Source: Candidatus Bathyarchaeota archaeon (GTDB lineage Archaea; Thermoproteota; Bathyarchaeia; Bathyarchaeales; Bathyarchaeaceae). Taken from it: a stretch of DNA of 41,586 nucleotides. The stretch covers positions 872,501 through 914,086 of the forward strand of contig CP070679.1 in NCBI GenBank assembly GCA_020352535.1, written 5' to 3'. The notes beneath the pieces were generated by a model. It saw nothing but the letters and a program-made list of their open reading frames with translations. It ran no database searches and had not been told where the DNA came from. The position numbers were made by a program, and so were the translations under genes. This document shows, piece after piece, positions 17,184 through 25,255 of this stretch. Position 1 is the stretch's first letter; each line of letters begins with the position of its first letter.

Positions 17184-17885
17184 ATGGGCTCGTTGAACAC
17201 TGATTCACGAGAGTGGAAACACCTCTTTACCCTGTACAAGCTGGCGGAGATGGGAGCTCGCAACCGAACGATAAAGGTTTCCACAGGATATCTAGCAGGA
17301 AAATTAGGCGTGTCTCAACAGACTGCCTCACGCAATCTCATTGAATTGGAACAGAAGAAATGGATTAAGAGAACAATCACCCCTGAGGGTTGTCTTGTCC
17401 GAATTGCTGACAGTGGGGCAGCCAAGCTTAAGAAGCTGCACTCCAATCTGCGCCTGATAATGGAAGCTGCGTATCCCCCATCAGTAACACTCGAAGGGAT
17501 TCTTTTCACTGGCTTGGGCGAAGGTGCCTACTATGTGACTCGCGATAAGTATCGAAAGCAGTTCATCGAGAAACTCGGTTTCGATCCATACCCTGGAACC
17601 CTTAACCTCAAGCTCACAAGCGAATATGACGCAGAGGCCCGTTCAGAGCTTGAGACCTACCCCGGAATAGAAGTTGAAGGGTTTGACAGCGAATCACGGA
17701 CATTCGGTAACGTGAAATGCTACCCCGCTGTGATCGATAACAAGATGAAGGGAGCAGTCTTATTCGCTCTGCGGAGCCACTATGACTCCTCTGTCCTAGA
17801 AATTATCGCTCCAACTCATCTGCGTAGCAAATTAAAGCTGACGGATGGACATAAAGTGAAGGTAGAAGTTCTCGTTCTGCCATAG
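17184..17885 (+). CDS. ribK: CTP-dependent riboflavin kinase fused to an N-terminal wHTH domain (RbkR-type)
   Basis: The C-terminal half has GLGEGAYYV and YPGTLNLKL, as in the archaeal MJ0056-type kinase. The N-terminal 90 aa form a wHTH (LAGKLGVSQQTASRNLIELEQKKWI). Confidence 0.8.
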   Translation: MGSLNTDSREWKHLFTLYKLAEMGARNRTIKVSTGYLAGKLGVSQQTASRNLIELEQKKWIKRTITPEGCLVRIADSGAAKLKKLHSNLRLIMEAAYPPSVTLEGILFTGLGEGAYYVTRDKYRKQFIEKLGFDPYPGTLNLKLTSEYDAEARSELETYPGIEVEGFDSESRTFGNVKCYPAVIDNKMKGAVLFALRSHYDSSVLEIIAPTHLRSKLKLTDGHKVKVEVLVLP

Positions 17886-17907
17886 CAGAAACCACGATAT
17901 ATTCCTT

Positions 17908-18354
17908 TTACTGCTTCTCGAAAGATTCGATGATTTCCTTCTTGATTGATGAAGAGCTGTTCAACTCGTCCTCGCCAAACCTAGCAACTCTCACCACCTT
18001 GACAGTGATTCCCCTCTGATTCAAGGTTCGCTTAACATCGTCTTCGAGGTCTCCTTGGTCATGCCCAACTGCAATTACATCAGGCTTAATCCTTTCCAGC
18101 ATTCTAATCATATCAAAACCCTCAAAACCAAGAATTGCTTTATCCACTACCCTCAATGCTGCGACAAGCGACCTTCGTTGCTGTTCAGACATCACAGGCT
18201 TCTTTCCCTTCCTCCTCTTCACAGTATTATCCCTCGCAACAACAACCACAAGCTCCGCGTCTTTTCCACCAGCCTTCTTTGCTGCCTCTAAATACCTTAC
18301 ATGTCCATAATGAATGAGGTCAAAAGTGCCTGAGGCGAGAACGACCTTCTTCAC
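17908..18354 (-). CDS. ribL: FAD synthase RibL (cytidylyltransferase-fold FMN adenylyltransferase)
   Basis: VKKVVLASGTFDLIHYGHVRYL matches the archaeal RibL N-terminus. The preferred GTG start at 18354 follows GGAGGAG and overlaps the upstream stop as GTGA. The ORF-track ATG is at 18369. Confidence 0.8.
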   Translation of the reverse strand: MKKVVLASGTFDLIHYGHVRYLEAAKKAGGKDAELVVVVARDNTVKRRKGKKPVMSEQQRRSLVAALRVVDKAILGFEGFDMIRMLERIKPDVIAVGHDQGDLEDDVKRTLNQRGITVKVVRVARFGEDELNSSSSIKKEIIESFEKQ

Positions 18355-18620
18355 TTCTCTCCTCCCCATGAAAATTCAGCAATTCCCAAGAGTCGCAGGG
18401 CGTCAAGTAGGCCTTCACAATAGGCTACAGACGCCAAGCTAGTCTCCAACTTGTTCATCCCCTGATAATATCTTGCGTCTTCCAGATAATGCTTGGCAGT
18501 CTCAACGAGGCTCTCTGCCTTCTCGCTGTCAATCTGAACTGAATCCTGTGTAACCACTATTTCCCCGAGCGCATGCTTACTATTATTGATATATTTTGAG
18601 ACCAGCCTCTTCAAGCTCAT
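18351..18620 (-). CDS. DUF357-like small helical protein
   Basis: 89 aa. ...ARYYQGMNKLETSLASVAYCEGLLDALRLLG resembles the remembered DUF357 signature. It overlaps dph5 (ATGA) and ribL (GTGA). Confidence 0.5.
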   Translation of the reverse strand: MSLKRLVSKYINNSKHALGEIVVTQDSVQIDSEKAESLVETAKHYLEDARYYQGMNKLETSLASVAYCEGLLDALRLLGIAEFSWGGEK

Positions 18621-19429
18621 TGGACTCTCTCCACTACCTCTTCCGGAGCCCCTGCAAATGTGACTAGCGCTTCTGCTTCCATGAAATGAAGCTTCCCTGG
18701 AATGATGAGTGCGTGCGGTGACGCGCCAAAGTCATGGTTCATTACATCTTCTATATCACCTGCTTTGACCCTAGGTGCTTCTGAGCCAGCGCGTGCAATA
18801 CCTATAACAAGTGTCTCAGATGTGATGATATTCTGCTTTTTGTGCCCTTCCAAAGCCTGTAGTGTCTTTAGGCCCTCCAGTATCGTCATGGATTTCTCTT
18901 CATCTGCTTTGATGTCCAGAAAGCAAAGTGTATGGAGTCCTTGGGCTTTGTTTTCCCCAATTACTCTGTAAGGAGTTTCAGAGGGAAATCCGCCTTCAGC
19001 GAACGGTATCGTCACGCTTCGACCGAATTTGTAGTTCTGCAGGCCTGATAGACCGATTACCGCTGAAATGATGGATGCCCCGTGTACAACACGCGTCCTG
19101 ATTCCCTGCTTCTCTGCGCGGATTCGCAGGTCTACATGAGTAGTTGCTATGAGCGGATCCCCTGGAACCAGCAAAACAGTCTTTCCTTTCTTTGCCTGCT
19201 CCAAGATTATCCTGCCTGCATCTTCTTCTAGGACTCCTCTTGGAATGATAGAAATTCTCTTTCCAACACGCTCTTCAAGTTTCTTAATGGATAATTTATG
19301 CATCACGCTCGTATAGAGCTCTGCAAAAACTGCCCCAGCCTCTCTGATTTCGTCAAGACCACGAAGTGAGATGTCCTTCTCATCATAAAGGCCCAAGCCA
19401 ACAAAGACAAGCTCAGCCAACTTGTTCAA
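18617..19429 (-). CDS. dph5: Diphthine synthase
   Basis: 270 aa of the tetrapyrrole-methylase fold: LVFVGLGLYDEKDISLRGLDEIREA, ELYTS, LVPGDPLIATTH. Confidence 0.85.
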   Translation of the reverse strand: MNKLAELVFVGLGLYDEKDISLRGLDEIREAGAVFAELYTSVMHKLSIKKLEERVGKRISIIPRGVLEEDAGRIILEQAKKGKTVLLVPGDPLIATTHVDLRIRAEKQGIRTRVVHGASIISAVIGLSGLQNYKFGRSVTIPFAEGGFPSETPYRVIGENKAQGLHTLCFLDIKADEEKSMTILEGLKTLQALEGHKKQNIITSETLVIGIARAGSEAPRVKAGDIEDVMNHDFGASPHALIIPGKLHFMEAEALVTFAGAPEEVVERVQ

Positions 19430-19507
19430 CTCTCTGCTCAGTCAACGTTACTGGAGCGACGAAAGATATTAGGGTAACCATCCCTAAATCAGAACGCTGT
19501 AAAGGTT

Positions 19508-19581
19508 GGGCCCGTAGCTCAGCAAGGCAGAGCGGCGGACTCTTAATCCGTAGGTCGTGGGTTCAATTCCCGCCGGGCCCG
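19508..19581 (+). tRNA. tRNA-Lys (CUU)
   Basis: Acceptor GGGCCCG/CGGGCCC, anticodon arm GCGGA-CTCTTAA-TCCGT, T arm GTGGG-TTCAATT-CCCGC, discriminator G. Confidence 0.9.
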
Positions 19582-19691
19582 CTACTCAACCGTGCCTATA
19601 TTATAGGAAGACCTCAATCCCTACATCATACGGGGTTGATAAAAATTTAAGTAGAACACTCATTTCTCTATGGAATCTGAAGCTATAGCAA

Positions 19692-19769
19692 GCCCTGGTA
19701 GTATAGTCCGGTCTAGTATAGGCGGCTGTCGCCCGCCCGACCCGGGTTCAAATCCCGGCCAGGGCGCCA
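19692..19769 (+). tRNA. tRNA-Asp (GUC), with genomically encoded CCA
   Basis: Acceptor GCCCTGG/CCAGGGC, anticodon arm GGCGG-CTGTCGC-CCGCC, T arm CCGGG-TTCAAAT-CCCGG, discriminator G followed by CCA (19767-19769). The antisense ORF 19660-19872 is spurious. Confidence 0.9.
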
Positions 19770-19921
19770 TCATACTTCTAAACCAAGCTGCGGAAGCTAA
19801 ATCGCCTTTGGCGTGAAGGGTCAATCCAGTATTGTGTAAATCGGAATGTGTAACGACAGGAAATAACACCATTTAAACAGCCCACGATAGTTTTCTCTGA
19901 AGGCAGAAGGAGAGTCGAGTA

Positions 19922-20155
19922 ATGGTTAAGCTGAACACAAAAGGCAAGCCATTGATAATCATGATAGACGGCGAATTATATGGTATCGAGGAAATCTCAG
20001 AAATCGATCCTAAATATAACGAGAAGAAGAAGACCAAATTCTGTACGATAAGGGCGACAGATATCACAGGCCAACGGAGGCTAACGATTAGTCTAGACCT
20101 TCGCTTACTTGACGCCGTAAAGAAAGAAAACAGAGACATCTCATACATAAGGTAG
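19922..20155 (+). CDS. Hypothetical 77-aa protein with a possible ribbon-helix-helix-like C-terminus
   Basis: ATG preceded by GGAGAG, with TTTAAA about 45 nt upstream. The C-terminal RRLTISLDLRLLDAVKKE resembles a CopG/RHH strand-helix start. No firm family. Confidence 0.35.
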   Translation: MVKLNTKGKPLIIMIDGELYGIEEISEIDPKYNEKKKTKFCTIRATDITGQRRLTISLDLRLLDAVKKENRDISYIR

Positions 20156-20245
20156 ACTGAACACTGCCTTATTCTGCAAGTCTTCTATTTTCAAGCGTCA
20201 AGCTTTTATCTCCACAATCCAATCTAGGCTTCGAAGTGACGGATT

Positions 20246-20833
20246 GTGGTTTTATGGGCTGATCTGCTTCTGGTCAGTGTTCCCTTTACGCTAATCCTGG
20301 GCGGAGTAGCCTCGGCTTCTTGGTTGCTGGAACGAATTGTGGGGCGCTCACCGATTGCTGGAAAACCGCTTCTCTGGCTTGTGAAAATCATATCCCGTCT
20401 AGGCTTCTTCATAGGAATTCTGCTGATGGCTACAGGAGCAATTGTCTGGTGGGTTCAACCTCCATCCCTTTCTGACTCCATTACACAACTCCTACTGGTT
20501 GTCACTGGCATAGCATTATTTCTAAAACCAATCAAAGATGTTCGCTGGGCTTCGTTGACAGGGCTTGTTGCAGGAAGCCTCTGCTTCGGATACGTCTACT
20601 TGTACATCGGCCTGCCACCCGTCTTTCTTGGCATAGAATCCAGATGGATTTACCTCGCAATCTTCCTTGTTCCAGGCTTAATCGTCTATCTCCTCTTCAA
20701 ATTCGTAGAGGATTTACTTTCTTTTGTAGGATCACTGCTCTCATTCAAGGTTACAGCTATTACTTTGGGCATGCTATGCGTCGTGCAAGGAATACTTCTT
20801 TTCTTTGATAGAAGCCTGTATGACTTCCTCTAG
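20246..20833 (+). CDS. Hypothetical multi-pass membrane protein
   Basis: 195 aa with a GTG start and 5-6 hydrophobic helices. No family recognised. Confidence 0.5.
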   Translation: MVLWADLLLVSVPFTLILGGVASASWLLERIVGRSPIAGKPLLWLVKIISRLGFFIGILLMATGAIVWWVQPPSLSDSITQLLLVVTGIALFLKPIKDVRWASLTGLVAGSLCFGYVYLYIGLPPVFLGIESRWIYLAIFLVPGLIVYLLFKFVEDLLSFVGSLLSFKVTAITLGMLCVVQGILLFFDRSLYDFL

Positions 20834-20897
20834 ATTCGGTCGACTTCAATAGGCACGAAAAGGGAGGAAAGGACTCTTTGAGGTTTGAAGGGCCAAA

Positions 20898-22199
20898 TCA
20901 TCCTTTCTTGGTGATTTCTTTGATAACCCCAGCTGCGACTGTAGTCCCCATGTCTCTGATTGCGAAGCGTCCAAGCTCAGGAAAATCAGAGTAGGCTTCA
21001 ACTGAGATGGGATGAAGCGGCTCAAATCGAACTACTGCACCATCCCCTGCTTTCAAGAAATCCGGTTTCTCCTCGACCGTCTGTCCAGTACGGGGGTCTA
21101 GTTTCCGAATTAGCTCAGTGAATCTGCAAGCCACTTGGCTAGTATGGGAGTGCAACACTGGAGAGTATCCCGCAGCGATTGCCGTGGGGTGGTAGATGAC
21201 TATTATCTGTCCAATGAACTCTTTGGCAACGGTTGGTGGGTTCTTGACGTGTCCACCTACATCTCCTCTATGCACATCCTTTTGGGAAAGCCCTCGGATA
21301 TTGAATCCAATGTTATCCCCAGGCTCTGCCTTGGGCATGTTGACGTGATGTGTTTCGATTGATTTGACTTCCCCCTTGGCACCTGATGGCATGAATATGA
21401 GCTCATCGCCAACCTTCAACACCCCTGTTTCTACCCTGCCAACTGGCACTGTTCCAACTCCAGTGATTGTGTAGACATCTTGAACTGGAAGGCGCAAGGG
21501 TTTGTTGCTAGGTTTACTGGGCACTTCTAGTTGGTCAAGAGCTTCGAAAAGCGTCGGCCCCTTGTACCAAGCCATTTTTTCGCTTCGTTTCACTAGGTTA
21601 TCGCCTGTCCATCCCGATGTCGGTACAAAAGGAACCTTCTCAACTTTGTATCCAACCATCGTAAGCATTCTGGAGATTTCACCCTTAATCTCTTCATATC
21701 TCTCTTGTTTCCAGTCCACTGAGGCATCATCCATCTTATTAACTGCCACAATCAACTGGTTTATACCAAGCGTGAATGCGAGGAAAGCGTGCTCTCTGGT
21801 TTGTCCGCCTTTACCAATTCCTGCTTCGAACTCTCCTCGCTTGGCAGATACAAAGAGAAACGCTGCATCGGCTTGGCTGGCTCCTGTGATCATGTTCTTC
21901 ACGAAGTCTCTGTGGCCAGGTGCATCGATGACGGTAAAGAAGTACTTCTGTGTCGCGAATTTTAGGAAGGCAAGATCAATAGTCAGTCCCCGCTCTCTTT
22001 CTTCTTTGAGTTTGTCTAAAACCCAAGCGAACTTGAAGGTTTCTTTCCCTAGTTTTTTCGCTTCCTCTTCATAACTCTTTGAGGTTCGTTCGTCAACGGT
22101 TCCCGTGAGGTAGAACAGGTGACCTACACTGGTTGATTTCCCATGGTCCACATGTCCGATGACTATGAGGTTCAGATGGGGTTTCTCGGCTTTGCTCAT
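20898..22199 (-). CDS. tuf: Translation elongation factor EF-1alpha
   Basis: [21 protein letters not shown] and full-length similarity to aEF-1alpha. Start set to the ATG at 22199 ([11 protein letters not shown]), preceded by GGAGAAAG. Confidence 0.95.
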   Translation of the reverse strand: MSKAEKPHLNLIVIGHVDHGKSTSVGHLFYLTGTVDERTSKSYEEEAKKLGKETFKFAWVLDKLKEERERGLTIDLAFLKFATQKYFFTVIDAPGHRDFVKNMITGASQADAAFLFVSAKRGEFEAGIGKGGQTREHAFLAFTLGINQLIVAVNKMDDASVDWKQERYEEIKGEISRMLTMVGYKVEKVPFVPTSGWTGDNLVKRSEKMAWYKGPTLFEALDQLEVPSKPSNKPLRLPVQDVYTITGVGTVPVGRVETGVLKVGDELIFMPSGAKGEVKSIETHHVNMPKAEPGDNIGFNIRGLSQKDVHRGDVGGHVKNPPTVAKEFIGQIIVIYHPTAIAAGYSPVLHSHTSQVACRFTELIRKLDPRTGQTVEEKPDFLKAGDGAVVRFEPLHPISVEAYSDFPELGRFAIRDMGTTVAAGVIKEITKKG

Positions 22200-22384
22200 T
22201 TTGGCTTTCTCCAATCTAGTGCTATTCTATTTCCTTCTGGTTGAAGTGAAATTCGCTACTACTGACTCTCTGTTCAATTAGATAAAGCTTTTGAATCGAT
22301 GCCTGCATGTTGACACGCTCCTACTCCGGTTTCACCTGTACTCTCGAAAGAATATTAGCATCCTTGCGATGACTTAGAAGATGG

Positions 22385-23620
22385 ATGCAAGGCACCATGC
22401 CAGCGAATCTTCCTGCTGAGGCAAGGCATAAGTGGAATGAAGTTTCAATGGCGCGAACTCCTCAGGAAAAGCTTCGTGCCCTAAGAGAGTTCTTGAGCCT
22501 TGTCCCAAAGCACAAAGGCACAGAGCGCCTACGCGCTCGTGCCAAACGCCAAATCGCAGCTTTGCGGAGGGAGATTGAGGAGCGCAAGCAGAGACGGGCT
22601 GGGAAGGGTGGTCCAAGATTCTTCATTGAGAAGGAAGGCGCAGCTCAAATCGTGATTCTAGGACCAACGAATGTAGGTCGAAGTAGCTTGTTGGCTTCGG
22701 TAACAAACGCGAGGACTTCGGTTTCCAGCTATCCATTCACTACATTAGAGCCTGTACCCGGCATGCTTCACTATCAGAACCTCCAATTCCAGATTATTGA
22801 AGCACCACCACTGATAAAAGGTTCAGCTCATGGCGAAGCTTGGGGTTCGCAAACATTAGCTTTGGCACGTAATGCAGACGGATTGATCTTAATGGTAGAT
22901 TTATCAGAGAACCCTAGGAAACATCTGTCTATGATTCTCGATGAGTTGGAGAAAGCCAAGATTCTGACAGAAGAACCTCGTGCACGAGTGAATATAGAAC
23001 GAAGGCATATGAACGCAGGCCTGAAGGTACTCGTATTAGGTCGACTTGTCGGCTGTACTGTTCGAGATGTAGAGCAGCTGTTGAAGAGCTATCGAATCTC
23101 CGATGGAACGGTGAAAATCTTCGGGGAGGCAACTTTGAATGATGTGGAAGATGCCGTTTTTGAAAGCACAGTGTATCGACCAGCAGTAGTCGTGGCTAAC
23201 AAGGCAGATGTTCTTGGTGCAGCAGCAAGAGCAAAGAGGCTGGACAGATTTATCGGCAATCGGATGATGTGGATTCCGGTTTCCTGCAAGTCCAATCGTG
23301 GCTTGGAGAAGCTGGGGATTGAGCTGTTCCGGATGCTGAGTATCATTCGTGTCTACACTAAGGAACCGAGGAAGAAGGCTCCTTCCTCACGACCATTTAT
23401 CCTCAAGAGAGGTGCTGTTGTTCAGGATTTAGCCAAGCAAATCCATAGCGACTTCTACGATCGGTTCAGCTATGCGAAGGTGTGGGCTAGACCTGTCCAA
23501 AAGCGTAGAGGTGTAGAACGCTTGTCAGCATCTGGAAGGCGGGTTCGATTCAGTCCGCAAAGAGTTGGACTGGATTTTCCACTAGAAGATGGCGATGTCG
23601 TAGAACTGCATACCAGGTGA
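22385..23620 (+). CDS. OBG-HflX-like GTPase of the DRG/Rbg type with a C-terminal TGS domain
   Basis: G1 GPTNVGRSSLL, G4 NKAD, DRG-like N-terminal helix (KHKGTERLRARAKRQIAALRREIEE) and TGS end (IRVYTKEP...PQRVGLDFPLEDGDVVELH). An alternative ATG lies at 22397. Confidence 0.85.
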   Translation: MQGTMPANLPAEARHKWNEVSMARTPQEKLRALREFLSLVPKHKGTERLRARAKRQIAALRREIEERKQRRAGKGGPRFFIEKEGAAQIVILGPTNVGRSSLLASVTNARTSVSSYPFTTLEPVPGMLHYQNLQFQIIEAPPLIKGSAHGEAWGSQTLALARNADGLILMVDLSENPRKHLSMILDELEKAKILTEEPRARVNIERRHMNAGLKVLVLGRLVGCTVRDVEQLLKSYRISDGTVKIFGEATLNDVEDAVFESTVYRPAVVVANKADVLGAAARAKRLDRFIGNRMMWIPVSCKSNRGLEKLGIELFRMLSIIRVYTKEPRKKAPSSRPFILKRGAVVQDLAKQIHSDFYDRFSYAKVWARPVQKRRGVERLSASGRRVRFSPQRVGLDFPLEDGDVVELHTR

Positions 23621-23637
23621 ATTCTCGAGTCTTTGTC

Positions 23638-24213
23638 TCAGCGAGATGATGTCGCCACTCTTTCCATCTCATTCCGTTTTGATACGGCACTGCTCTTGGT
23701 GTCATTATTCGCTGCCAAGATTAGCTCTTCTGCTAACCATTCGTCTAGAGGTCGAGGATTGCCAAATGTCGATTTTCGAGCTCCCTCCGAAAGAAAGCGG
23801 AGGGCTAGGTCTACTCGTCTCTGAGGAGAGATATCCACAGCCATGTGGTAGGTTACACCGCCATAGCCAAGTCTGGTAGTGTCTTCACAAGGTGCCGAGT
23901 TTTCCACAGCGCTGACAAGGATTTGAACCGGATTCTTCCCGGTGCGAAGATGGATGATTTCGAAGGCGTTTTTCACAACATTGATGGCTCTGGTCTTCTT
24001 GCCAGCACTCAAACCAGGTCGCATAAGGTTATTCACAAGTCTCTCCACAATGTTAACTTGAGACTTGCGGAACCTTCCATGCTCGTGGCGTCCCATGCTG
24101 TGTGGAACATAAATGGGTTTGAGGGAGATATAGCTCTTCAGACCTGGGGTCTCAGCTTCGACGCCTTCGAAACTCCATTTCCCAAAGAGCTTCATCTCTT
24201 GGCTTTTACTCAA
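23638..24213 (-). CDS. rps7: 30S ribosomal protein uS7 (archaeal S7)
   Basis: KLFGKWSFEGVEAETPGLKSYISL...VPHSMGRH...IVERLVNNLMRPG is the archaeal S7 N-terminus. Confidence 0.95.
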   Translation of the reverse strand: MSKSQEMKLFGKWSFEGVEAETPGLKSYISLKPIYVPHSMGRHEHGRFRKSQVNIVERLVNNLMRPGLSAGKKTRAINVVKNAFEIIHLRTGKNPVQILVSAVENSAPCEDTTRLGYGGVTYHMAVDISPQRRVDLALRFLSEGARKSTFGNPRPLDEWLAEELILAANNDTKSSAVSKRNEMERVATSSR

Positions 24214-24412
24214 TTATGTGCACCTAACAAGCGTTCTACGTTGGTGAGATTCAATTTAAACGTTGCCTTCTGCGTATATCCACGCTGGATACCCTAAAGG
24301 TAAAGGCCAAGTCATGCACATGAAGGTTGATCACAACATCCCCCATGGCTTCATGATGCATGATATGAACATATTAGACCGACCTGTCGAATACTAGGTT
24401 ACAGCGATTCAG

Positions 24413-25126
24413 GTGAGTGACTTGTCGGGAACAGAAACCCTCATCCCTTATGTCAAATCTCAAGACAAACAAGCACGACCTACTGTTATAATCGATACTA
24501 GGGAAGCGTCTACAGCGACAAAGATTGTTAAAGGTCTGAAGGAACACGGTGCTGAAATAAGAACACAGATGTTAGAGAAGGGTGATTATGTGTTATCTGA
24601 CCGGTGTGCAGTGGAAAGGAAAACAGTACACGATTTCGTTTACACGCTCACACGACGATACTTATTTGAGCAGCTGTTTGGACTGAAGGAGACCTACTCC
24701 CAGCCTTTTATCCTCATTGAGGGGTACTTTCCCATCATCTACAAGTACAGCAGAATTCAGCCTGCTGCGATATGGGGTGCCATGTTTGCTCTTGCAAAGC
24801 AGGGGATTCTCTTGATGCAGACAACCAGCTACAAGGAATCTATCGACTTTCTGTATACAGCAGCGAGACAAGAACAAATAGTCGAGAAGAGGACACCAAT
24901 GGTGCATCCATTCAAGAAGCATGAGTCGTTGGCTGATGCACAGATATTTTTCATAGCCAGCCTCCCAAAAATCGGACGAGAAAAAACAATAGCGCTTCTC
25001 AGTTCGTATCAGACCCCTATGAATGTTCTGCTAAATGTAGATCAATGGGCTAAGGATGTTCATGGACTTGGTCCTAAAATCACCGAGAAAGTCAAAAGGG
25101 TCTTACACGCCCGATACAACGAGTGA
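24413..25126 (+). CDS. Short XPF/ERCC4-type structure-specific nuclease with a C-terminal (HhH)2
   Basis: ERCC4 motif GDYVLSDRCAVERKTVHDF, then LPKIGREKTIALLSSYQTPMNVL...HGLGPKITEKV (tandem HhH). No helicase domain. GTG start. Confidence 0.75.
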   Translation: MSDLSGTETLIPYVKSQDKQARPTVIIDTREASTATKIVKGLKEHGAEIRTQMLEKGDYVLSDRCAVERKTVHDFVYTLTRRYLFEQLFGLKETYSQPFILIEGYFPIIYKYSRIQPAAIWGAMFALAKQGILLMQTTSYKESIDFLYTAARQEQIVEKRTPMVHPFKKHESLADAQIFFIASLPKIGREKTIALLSSYQTPMNVLLNVDQWAKDVHGLGPKITEKVKRVLHARYNE

Positions 25127-25255
25127 CCTGGGTGTGACAGCGCTGTATGATCATCTCCAAGTCTGAGACATTACGCATGAGCAGAACGACCATCAAGTAG
25201 GCTGGCGAAAGCCTAAAATCGACAGGTTAGGCACCTAGTCATCTGTGGTGTCAGT

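Noticed and set aside
19660-19872. 70-aa minus-strand ORF.
   Set aside because: It is entirely antisense to tRNA-Asp (19692-19769).
23486-23551. Apparent insertion of about 15-20 aa (RPVQKRRGVERLSASGRRVRF) in the TGS domain of the DRG GTPase.
   Set aside because: The judgement rests only on a remembered eukaryotic DRG sequence. Archaeal homologs may normally have this loop. It cannot be evaluated without an alignment.
24214-24412. Cluster of CATG-containing words and an ATGAAG...CTTCAT inverted repeat in the uS7/XPF divergent intergenic region.
   Set aside because: The arms are short and the loop is long (23 nt). This fits ordinary promoter-region composition better than a defined element.
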